64,000 nucleotides of DNA from an uncultured Bacteroidales bacterium (GTDB lineage: Bacteria; Bacteroidota; Bacteroidia; Bacteroidales; VadinHA17), in NCBI GenBank assembly GCA_963732115.1, contig CAVSYN010000034.1:362354-426353 (forward strand), written 5' to 3'. Of this stretch, positions 9,634 through 18,106 are shown one piece after another; the stretch's first letter is position 1; each line of letters begins with the position of its first letter. The notes under the pieces were generated by a model. It did no database searches, had not been told where the DNA came from, and saw nothing but the letters and a program-made list of their open reading frames with translations. The position numbers and the translations under genes are program-made.

Positions 9634-9688
9634 AAAGAGTGATTTTAATAAAATAAATTAATCCGTGAACCGAAATCAGGAAGAGAAG

Positions 9689-12377
9689 TTAAATTATTCC
9701 AAGCACTTTCGCTTTAGTTACAGCTTGTATCCGGGAATCGACATCCAACTTCATGAGAATATTTTTAATATGCGTTTTTACTGTATTTAATGAAATAAAA
9801 AGCTTGTCAGCTATTTCCTGGTTCGATAAATCTTCGGCAATTCGTTTTAGTGTATCGAGTTCGCGGTCGCTTAACACGGATCCTGAATTATTTTTCAAAC
9901 ATTTTTCTCTCTTTTCAATTGCGAGTTTAAGCTTGTCGATTAACTTTTTAGGGATATTTGTTTTTGTAGGTTGCCTGTATTTTGTAGACTTCTTTTAGTA
10001 AATCGCTTATCCCAGAATGAAAAAGAACAAAAGACATCAAAATGTTTTCACAGGCAGCATCCTCTAATGCTTCCATCAGGTATTTTATGGCTTTTTCTTT
10101 TTCCCCTGTGGTCTTATTCAAAATGGCATAAATGACTTTAGTTTCAATTATTCTCTCAATTCTATTTGCTGCTAGTGCCATTTTCAACAATTTTGAAAGA
10201 ATAATCTCCGCCTCCCTGAATTTCATTTCGATTATTAACAAACGAGCATAATCAATATATGCATGCTCATATGAATAAGGTATTTTTTTATCATATTCCA
10301 ATCCATTTTCTTTAAAAAAATGGTTGGCTTTTTCAAGTTCATTCTGTTCAATCAGCATAAATCCCTTCATGGAAATATAAATCGACATAGTGCTGGGAAA
10401 TACAATATTTTGTTTTAGAATATTATCCGCCTCATTTATCATCTTTTTAACCCCGGCTAGATCTCCACGTCCGTATAAAGCAAGTGAGTAAACCATTAAT
10501 ACATGGACCTTTATAGTATTATTTGATTCGTTTTTACATAAGTTATAGGCAGTTTTAATGTTCTCCAGAGCATCATCGAAATCTGTCCGCATAGATTCTA
10601 TACCTGCCATAGATGAATACACCCCGGCATAGGTACATTCCGATTTTGTAATTTGGGAATAGCCACTTTCTTTCATAAAGGTTATAAGGTCGGAGCACTT
10701 CTTATAAGATGATGTATAAAGCCCCATCCTTGCTTCATGTGTAGATAACCTGTTTGCAATGGTAGATATAAGATAAATGTTTCCTGATTTTTTACCATAC
10801 TCCAGCGCATTTTCAAAAGCTATAATACATTCCTTAAAGTTTTCACGATACATCTCTGCCATACCAACTGAGTACCAACCCCAGCTAAACCACAAAGGGT
10901 CATCTTCTGAAAGGTTTTCCATAGCTGCTTTACCATAGCTAAAAGTTTTTTCCGATTCTTTTGTTATTGAGTAGAGGTATGCAAATGCAACGGATATTTT
11001 TCCTGACAGTTTCTTATTGTTCCGAACATCTTCTTCTGATGAATTTTTATCATTAATGATCTGCATTGTAATTATTTCGGCACTCACCAAAAAAGGTTCA
11101 GCTTTCTGAATCTGACCGGCTATAATCAATATCCATGCATAGTATAAACAAAAATCTGCATTCTTTTTAATTAATTCATCAGGCAGTAAATCACCATATT
11201 TCATAATAGCAGCATGCTGTCCGTTTTTCCACATAGTCTCTACTATTTCTCCAAGAAATAGTATGCTTTTTTCGAAATTCTCTGTCTCTATCGCATGTTC
11301 AATTGCTAATAGTGGCATTGAATTATCCTTAAACCACTCAATTGCCTTATTATGAAGTTCAATAATAGTTGCTTTATCTCTTAGATGAAGTCTCTGTTTT
11401 AATAAGTCCGCAAAGAGGTGATGATATCTGTACCAGTTCCTCTCAGTATCCAGAGGTATAACAAACATGTTATTTTTTTCCAGCGTCTCAAGAATTAACT
11501 GGCTGTCATTTCTGTTCAAAACAGCATTACATAAAGGAGCAGACATTTGCTCCAGTATTGATGTTTGCAGTAAAAATTCTTTGATTTCATCTGTTTGAAT
11601 CTTTAGTACCTCCTCCATCAGATAATCCATTATGTAGCGGTTATCTCCTTTTAAGTCCTGAATAAATCCGGAAATATCTTCACGGCCCTGCATTGATAAG
11701 GCTGTTAGCTGCAGACCTGCAATCCAGCCTTCGGTTTTTGTTTCAAGAGAATAAACATCATCAATAGATAAGCCTAATTTTAGCTTTTTATTGAATAATA
11801 CGGAAATATCATTTGCCGAAAAACTAAGGTCTGATGAACGTAACTCAACCAATTGATGCTGACTTCTTAACCTTGAAACAGATAGTGCCGGGTCAGAACG
11901 GGTCAGGATTACAATATGGATATTACCGGGAATATGCTCTAATAAATAGGTTACTAATTTTAATACCTCGTTACTCTTAATCAAATGAAAATCGTCGAGT
12001 ACCAATAAAAAGTTTTGATTGATATTGAGTATTTCGTTGATTAACAGGCTGGCAATTGATTCGACAGATGGTTTATTGGGCGAATTTAAAAGTTTGAGGG
12101 CGCTTAGTCCGAATTCTTTATGAATACTTTGAATTCCTGAAATTACATAGCTTAAGAAAATTGCCGGGTCATTATCCCCATTGTCGAGGGAAAACCATGC
12201 TGCAGGTATCTTATTCTGATCAATCCAGTCACTCACAACTGTTGTTTTACCAAATCCGGCAGGAGCAGAAACAAGAATCAGCTTTCGACTTAGCCCGGGG
12301 TTCAATTTCTCAGATAGTTCTGATCGATGAACTATGTTATTTCCAGCGGAAGGAATATGTAGTTTTGTTAAAAGCAT
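9689..12377 (-). pseudogene. MalT-like LuxR-family (STAND NTPase-TPR-HTH) transcriptional regulator, single frameshift
   Basis: The locus consists of an 809-aa ORF at 9948-12377 and a 69-aa ORF at 9689-9898. The first has the MalT-like N-terminus MLLTKLHIPSAGNNIVHRSEL and the P-loop SAPAGFGKTT. The second is a LuxR/GerE HTH (..NQEIADKLFISLNTVKTHIKNIL..). Together they are colinear with the intact 895-aa paralogue 20645-23332. One extra base (GG at ~9969-9970 versus a single G in the paralogue) breaks the frame. Shifting frame restores PTKTNIPKKLIDKLKLAIEKREK. Confidence 0.85.
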
Positions 12378-12467
12378 GTATGCAATTTAACAAATATTTA
12401 GATCATCAATCAATAAGGTTGTATTTCAGTTCGCATGGTTGGTAGTATTAAATTGTTCTTTAAATAT

Positions 12468-12951
12468 TCATTTATTTTTTAAACTATTGGTAATAATTAC
12501 ATCCCCTTTTTTATGACCTTGTTCGGCATACTGAAAAGCTTCATCTGTCCTTTCCAATGGATAGATCCTGTCTATAACCGGTTTTATAGCCAGAGCTCCG
12601 TTTTCGGGAACACAGCAATACTCTGCATGGCCACCAAATTTGGTCCCTGGTGATCCAAAAACTTTGTCACCCTTCATAAATAGTTTTACATCTTTGCCGA
12701 CGGCTTCAATTTCTCCAGCTAAATCAATCCCCAGTATATTTATTTTTGGCTTTTTGAACCCAAACATTATTCGTGCGAAAAACATAAACGATTGGGGAAC
12801 AAATGTGAAGTTGCGGCATTGCAATCCGTAGTTGTTACTGTTATCGCATGTATTTTTATCAACACTTCATTGTCCCTGGAACTGGTTTTTCTACCTCCAG
12901 AACCTGTTGTTCATCCGGTGGTCCGTATTTTGTGTGTACAATTGCTTTCAT
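12468..12951 (-). pseudogene. medium-chain dehydrogenase remnant (paralogue of 8357-9316; frameshifts plus internal deletion)
   Basis: The reverse-strand ATG at 12951 opens MKAIVHTKYGPP.. but hits stops within ~35 codons. ORF 12468-12824 continues with ..[26 protein letters not shown].. and then jumps directly to the C-terminal ..[29 protein letters not shown]. The Rossmann domain is therefore missing. Confidence 0.75.
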
Positions 12952-12974
12952 TTTTCCCATTTAATTTAAGTCTG

Positions 12975-13808
12975 TTAAATTGTCTCGTCTTGAAATAGGT
13001 TGATACTTTTTTTATCGCGTAAAATCGTAATTATAATGCCGATTAAAAATGTCAGGGTTACCCAGATCCAAAAACGTGGTTGGGGTACGTTTTTTTGCAT
13101 AATCAATGGGGGCATAAGGGGGATAAAAGCATTAAACAGACCGTGAACATAAAGTCCTGAAAATGGTTTATTGCCGGAGATTTTTCGGGTCCAGGATAAA
13201 ATGAAAGAATATCCAACGATAAGGAGTAGAAAACCCCCAAAATTCATAAAGGTTTGATTTGTACCTGTTATAAACCATAACGGGAGATGCCAGAAAGCCC
13301 ATATGATCCCCAGAATTATGTTTCCGAACCATATTCCGAATTTTCTTTCAAGAAGAGGGAGAGCATAACCTCTCCATCCAAATTCTTCCTGACCCCCGCC
13401 CAGAAGAATCATAATTAATATATATGGGAAAAAAGCCCATATAGAAGGCAATAGCATTGGTAAACGCTCTTCCCCAAATAATTCAGGGGAAAACCAGGCA
13501 ATAAATGTGCTGCCGCCAAAGATTATTATAGGAATAAAATAAGCTTTCCAGCCTAAACGAAAATCAAGAAAACTTCGAAGATATTTTTTTGAAGAACCCT
13601 TGCCCTTTTCGTGATATATAGCAAAAAGCGCACCTGCAAGCGGTCCAAAAACACCTATCATAATTACAGGTATTGTCAGTAAAAATAATAATTTATCTGA
13701 AACAGGAATGATCCCGAGGCTGGCGAGGATCAAAGGTGTCCAAATAATCCATGACCAAAAAAATGTAAATATGAAAAAGCGGAAAGGGAAACGAACACTT
13801 TTATTCAT
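12975..13808 (-). CDS. CPBP-family intramembrane glutamic endopeptidase (CAAX protease / Abi-like)
   Basis: 277-aa polytopic ORF with the EEFGWRGY, FWHLPLW and HGLFNA motifs. Confidence 0.85.
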   Translation of the reverse strand: MNKSVRFPFRFFIFTFFWSWIIWTPLILASLGIIPVSDKLLFLLTIPVIMIGVFGPLAGALFAIYHEKGKGSSKKYLRSFLDFRLGWKAYFIPIIIFGGSTFIAWFSPELFGEERLPMLLPSIWAFFPYILIMILLGGGQEEFGWRGYALPLLERKFGIWFGNIILGIIWAFWHLPLWFITGTNQTFMNFGGFLLLIVGYSFILSWTRKISGNKPFSGLYVHGLFNAFIPLMPPLIMQKNVPQPRFWIWVTLTFLIGIIITILRDKKSINLFQDETI

Positions 13809-13836
13809 TTTTAAAGTATTTTAAATTGAAAATTAT

Positions 13837-14163
13837 CTATTTTATGTCGGCAAGTTTGTTCAAGCCGGTCAATATATCCTCCCGTAAAATTTGTTGCATT
13901 TTTTCAGGTTCTTCAAAGAGTGGGCTATGAGCAGACTGCTCGAACGTGTAGAACCCTTTTATTGGTGCTTTAAGCTTCTCAAAATAGGATTTTGCCTCCG
14001 TGTAGGAGCAGGTGTAATCGTATATGCCTTCAAAGAAATAGACTGGAAGTTTAAGTTCCGGCACTTGTTTGGAAAGATCTGAGGTCAGGATATCAGCCCA
14101 CAGTATGCTGATACCGGAGCGGGATTTGCCACGGCACATACTCTTTCTACTTCTTGTTTTCAT
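13837..14163 (-). pseudogene. C-terminal fragment of an alpha/beta hydrolase
   Basis: The last ~75 aa (..LKLPVYFFEGIYDYTCSYTEAKSYFEKLKAPIKGFYTFEQSAHSPLFEEPEKMQQIL..) resemble the C-terminal His-loop part of an alpha/beta hydrolase. Only ~54 nt separate it from the upstream gene, so the nucleophile domain is absent. Confidence 0.45.
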
Positions 14164-14217
14164 GATTCCTTAGTAGAAGAGACTTTTCTTTTTTTAACAT
14201 GAAGAATGTCTTTTTGA

Positions 14218-14847
14218 TTAATAGGAACTCACGCTTGTAAAATATGGCATTTTTCTACTTGCCTGCCTCATGAGTTCATCAACCAGTCTGGCTGGACTAC
14301 CCAGAGTCGATGAAAGTCGGTGGTCATAATTCCAGATTATCTTATCTGACCCGCTATCGTGGATTGACAAAGAAGCAACAGCTTCATTTGTCGGGGCCCA
14401 CCATCCTGCAAGAACTGCCATTGCAATTGCAGCACCCTCAGACATTGGTTTTGAAAGTGCGTAATTAGAAGTCAAAATCCCGTCTACGTTCAGAACTTTG
14501 GATAAATCAGCTGGAGTCAGCAAATTTGCATCCTGAAAACCGGCAGCAGCTAATTTTGCATTGGTAGTCTCAACATCCTGGATATCAACGAAGATAGTTC
14601 CCTGCATTTTTCTTTTAAGCATCCAGCTATACATTTCTCTCTGGAAATTGATTGATTCTGTTTTTTGTTGTTCAATCAGAGCAGTACCATCGACTTTTCT
14701 TCTTGCAGCAATAGATACTTTTGGAGGTATTATGGCTATGATTTTATGACTACTTGCAAGGTATCTGGCATCAGGAGTATAAAATACTTTAGCGCAACTC
14801 TGTAATAAGAATGCTGCGACGATTAATAGAACTAATGATTTTTTCAT
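14218..14847 (-). CDS. lipoprotein of unknown function
   Basis: 209-aa ORF with the lipobox signal MKKSLVLLIVAAFLLQSC. Confidence 0.6.
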   Translation of the reverse strand: MKKSLVLLIVAAFLLQSCAKVFYTPDARYLASSHKIIAIIPPKVSIAARRKVDGTALIEQQKTESINFQREMYSWMLKRKMQGTIFVDIQDVETTNAKLAAAGFQDANLLTPADLSKVLNVDGILTSNYALSKPMSEGAAIAMAVLAGWWAPTNEAVASLSIHDSGSDKIIWNYDHRLSSTLGSPARLVDELMRQASRKMPYFTSVSSY

Positions 14848-14956
14848 AATTATTTGATTTAAGTTATTTTGATTTTATTGTATACTGAGAAATGCTTTCA
14901 TTTTGTTTGAGTTAATATTTAGTTCTTTAAATAAAAATCATACACAATACATAAGG

Positions 14957-15187
14957 CTATCCTTCCATCGAATTAACCGAAATTAGTTTCAGGTTTAAAT
15001 CCCTTATTTGATTTAAAACTCCATGTAAATGAGCTTCGTCCTTTATATTTCCGGTAATGATGGAATTGTCTCCTTCATAACAAATTTCCATTCCTTCAAA
15101 GCTGTTCTTCCATTTTTTATCAAGATGTCCCTGAATTTTTATTTTAGTTTTACCTTTCATATTTTTATTTATTAAATTCCTAGTCAA
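14957..15187 (-). CDS. conserved small hypothetical protein (module copy 2)
   Basis: The track ORF starts at a TTG. The probable ATG start is 15160 (MKGKTKIKIQGHLDKKWKNSFEGMEICYEGDNSIITGNIKDEAHLHGVLNQIRDLNLKLISVNSMEG, 67 aa). It is a paralogue of 9320-9586. Confidence 0.6.
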   Translation of the reverse strand: MTRNLINKNMKGKTKIKIQGHLDKKWKNSFEGMEICYEGDNSIITGNIKDEAHLHGVLNQIRDLNLKLISVNSMEG

Positions 15188-15204
15188 AGGTCGGGTACCC
15201 CAAT

Positions 15205-15233
15205 CAAAAAAAAATCACCCGCAGGGGTGATTT
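15205..15233 (-). terminator. hairpin + U-run (conserved leader, copy 2)
   Basis: The minus strand reads AATCACCC-CTGC-GGGTGATTTTTTTTT. The stem is the same as in copies 1 and 3 but the loop differs. Confidence 0.55.
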
Positions 15234-15289
15234 GAGAGGATGATTTTTATAAAATAAAATTATCAAGTAGCAGTATTCTGCAAGAGAAG

Positions 15290-15324
15290 TTAAATTATTC
15301 CAAGTTCTTTTGCTTTAGTTACAG
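15290..15324 (-). pseudogene. 35-nt remnant of the 3' end of a third MalT-like LuxR regulator gene
   Basis: The plus strand TTAAATTATTCCAAGTTCTTTTGCTTTAGTTACAG matches the stop and last codons of the regulators at 9689.. and 20645... It is immediately followed (15325-15415) by sequence homologous to the region upstream of the intact regulator (about 23410-23515). The CDS body has therefore been deleted. Confidence 0.7.
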
Positions 15325-15520
15325 TGTCGGCTTCCCTGTAATTCGGTCCAATTAAAATTAGAGTTTTCTTAAGGTATTCATTAAGCTTAAAAACTCATTT
15401 GACTGATTGTAACTTTTGTCCGTTCAGGGTACTAAAAACGAGCAAGTGCAAGAGAGAGAGGATATTTCTTATTAGCAGGTTGAAGGGGCTGTTCAGGGAA
15501 TATAAATTTACCTAAACCTT

Positions 15521-16942
15521 CTACTTTTCAACATTCTTAACAAGTATAAATTTATCGTATAAATAAAGCATAATGCTTGCCATTACACCAATGCTTACGA
15601 ACATAATCCATACTTTTTCAGGATGATATGTACTCCAGAGATATTGAGTAAGCTGAGAGCTATCCATATTAAACAGTTGCTCTGCCTTTTCAAAGTATTG
15701 ATTTTGAGTAAATGAATCTGATATCTGAGGAATATCAAATCCTTTTTCTGCAACCGCTTTCTGTAACAGAGTGACTTTATCGGCAAGAATCTCATAAGGT
15801 TTTCCTGAAATCCATCCGGCAGCAAAATGACTAAGTGCGACAGGGAGAAAAGATGTACCCATATAGAGGGCTTTCTTATCAAGCGGAGCAATCCGCCCCA
15901 CATATTCGGTATATTTAGGTAAAGAAGCCATCTCCCCAACGGCGAACATCATTACTCCTATAAGAACTATCCATGGATTGCGGGTTATAAACATAAGCAG
16001 GAGGCCACCAGCCAGAATCAACGCTCCTGTCATTATTGAATTAAGTGGCTTGAACTTCATACTTACAGAGGAAATATACATTTGGAGAACAATGATAAAG
16101 AATGCATCCATACTGATCACAGTTACAGCAGTGATTGTTCCGGGTTTCAGTCCAAAAGCAACTGACAACCTGTCTATATCAACCCAATGATCTATAAAAA
16201 CAGGGAAAGAATAGTAAAGCTGGTTGAACGCTGTCCAGAAAACTGACATTATCAGCAGAAAGACAAGATATCTCCAGTCGTATAGTGCTGTTAAAATATT
16301 TTTAACCGCAATGCTGCAATTTTGCAGAAACGTTTTCCCCGATGGTTCTCTGCCAGGTTCTTTGAAGAAGAAAAAAACGAAAATATAATTTATTGCAATT
16401 GTAGCTCCTGACATCAGAAAGACATAGTTCCAACTGATCTTATAGAGAAAGCCTGCAATAAAAGGTCCAATAAATCCTCCGATATTTATCATCAAATAAA
16501 AGATCCCGAATCCTACAGATGACGTTTCTTCATCTGTTGTTTTTGCAATCATCCCCGAGATAATTGGCTTAAACATTGCACCTGCGGTTGCAAGGAAAAG
16601 ATATGAGGCAAATATCAATCCATACGACTCGAAAGTTCCTACCATAAAATAACCTGCAATATAAGCTGTAAAGGAAAGTATAAGCTGTTTCTTGAACCCT
16701 ATCCGGTCGGCTATAGCACCGGTTAAAATCGGAAGGAAATACAAAAGCATTGAGCCTGTACCTATAATAGCTCCTTTTTGAACCTGAGTAAAACCAAGCG
16801 CCCCGGTATCTTTTGATAAAGTAAGATAAAGGGCAAAAGCATTATAAAAGCCATACCAGGCCCATCTTTCGAAAAGCTCAATAAAATTGGAGATCCAGAA
16901 TATATGCGGAAATTTCTTTATTACCCTTACTAATCTGCTCAA
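15521..16942 (-). CDS. POT/PTR2-family MFS peptide:proton symporter
   Basis: 473-aa polytopic ORF. The N-terminal ..FWISNFIELFERWAWYGFYNAFALYLT matches the ExxER(F/W)xYYG POT signature. Confidence 0.8.
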   Translation of the reverse strand: MSRLVRVIKKFPHIFWISNFIELFERWAWYGFYNAFALYLTLSKDTGALGFTQVQKGAIIGTGSMLLYFLPILTGAIADRIGFKKQLILSFTAYIAGYFMVGTFESYGLIFASYLFLATAGAMFKPIISGMIAKTTDEETSSVGFGIFYLMINIGGFIGPFIAGFLYKISWNYVFLMSGATIAINYIFVFFFFKEPGREPSGKTFLQNCSIAVKNILTALYDWRYLVFLLIMSVFWTAFNQLYYSFPVFIDHWVDIDRLSVAFGLKPGTITAVTVISMDAFFIIVLQMYISSVSMKFKPLNSIMTGALILAGGLLLMFITRNPWIVLIGVMMFAVGEMASLPKYTEYVGRIAPLDKKALYMGTSFLPVALSHFAAGWISGKPYEILADKVTLLQKAVAEKGFDIPQISDSFTQNQYFEKAEQLFNMDSSQLTQYLWSTYHPEKVWIMFVSIGVMASIMLYLYDKFILVKNVEK

Positions 16943-17029
16943 CTTGTGAACCGTTTAATTTATAATTGAATTTCCCTTCAGGAATAGCAATAAATATAAC
17001 TGCAAAATGGTATAGAAAAACAAAAGCTG

Positions 17030-17293
17030 TTAAAGATCCAGGTGGATTGAGGGGCACGCAACTCTAAGTTCATCATCTTTTCTAACCCCACCTACTGTCC
17101 AAATAGAAATTCTTCCGTCTTCATTGCAACCAAATAATAATCCTGTATTATTTCCATCGTCCTTAATGAAGGAATTCATTGTTGATAATATTAAATCATC
17201 ATGTCTGTTTTTGCATCCAATCAGATTAATAATTAAAAAAAGAAGGAATGTCGTTTTTCTCATCTCTATATTGTTTATTTGTAGCGTTTGCAT
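17030..17293 (-). CDS. small lipoprotein, unknown function
   Basis: 87-aa ORF, likely starting at 17263 (MRKTTFLLFLIINLIGC lipobox). No family was recognised. Confidence 0.4.
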   Translation of the reverse strand: MQTLQINNIEMRKTTFLLFLIINLIGCKNRHDDLILSTMNSFIKDDGNNTGLLFGCNEDGRISIWTVGGVRKDDELRVACPSIHLDL

Positions 17294-17298
17294 TGTAC

Positions 17299-18102
17299 CT
17301 AGCGGATGGCGATAATAATTGTATCTCGACTGATAGTATATGCCCCAAAATAGCCAAGTGCTCCGTTATTTATATTTGTGTTGGGATTAGCCGGAGTTGT
17401 CATTGACATCATCTTTGAACCACCTGAAATTTGGAATAAAGTTTTATAATAATCATACGTTTGCACATCAAGGGTGTATAGTTCAACTACAACTGTGTCA
17501 AACTGTTGATATACATTATAGCTCCAGGGCAAATCAACTTTATTGCCATTAAAAAGGTCGTCATTATAAATATCCCCGATATTCTTTGCTTTTGTTCTGT
17601 CGCTAATGTTATATGTTTTTAACCGATAAAAATTACGAAACTCTTCAGGATCGGAAAAGTGACAACTTACAACATAGCCTACCTCATAAAAAATACTTTC
17701 AGGATTATACCTATAGGTCAATGAATCAATATTTACTTTCTGAGGAATAGTTGCTTTTGCCACATATTCATTTCCTTCTGAATTGATGTTTAGAATATAA
17801 TTTATATTCGGTTTAGCCTGTACACTTTCTCCCAAATAAATACCTGGTTCAGTTTCATTGAGATTTACTATTGTGCCTGCATTATCTGTTAAGGTAATAA
17901 CAGCATCTGAAACTGTCGGATTGGTCTCCCGATTAAAATAATCAGTCGTTTTTGACAACTTTACTATGCATTGGTGATCAAAATCATTAATTACACCTTC
18001 AATAACAAGTTTTGGTTTCATATAATCCAAATCAATTTCAATAACATCTTGACATGATGTTAATAGTATAGTCAGGCTCAAGAAAATAAGTATTGTTCTC
18101 AT
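17299..18102 (-). CDS. DUF4249-like lipoprotein (partner of the upstream TonB-dependent receptor)
   Basis: 267-aa ORF with lipobox LLTSC, lying 4 nt downstream of a CarboxypepD_reg-type TonB receptor. The family is assigned from memory of this conserved gene pair, not from a search. Confidence 0.6.
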   Translation of the reverse strand: MRTILIFLSLTILLTSCQDVIEIDLDYMKPKLVIEGVINDFDHQCIVKLSKTTDYFNRETNPTVSDAVITLTDNAGTIVNLNETEPGIYLGESVQAKPNINYILNINSEGNEYVAKATIPQKVNIDSLTYRYNPESIFYEVGYVVSCHFSDPEEFRNFYRLKTYNISDRTKAKNIGDIYNDDLFNGNKVDLPWSYNVYQQFDTVVVELYTLDVQTYDYYKTLFQISGGSKMMSMTTPANPNTNINNGALGYFGAYTISRDTIIIAIR

Positions 18103-18106
18103 TGGT

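Noticed and set aside
9605-9660. Base-pairing between the GGTTCGGGGTAC stretch of the sRNA-like units and the GGGGTACC box in the small-ORF leaders
   Set aside because: The shared sequence is same-sense. Only the 6-nt GGTACC palindrome could pair, which is too short to be meaningful without target-prediction statistics.
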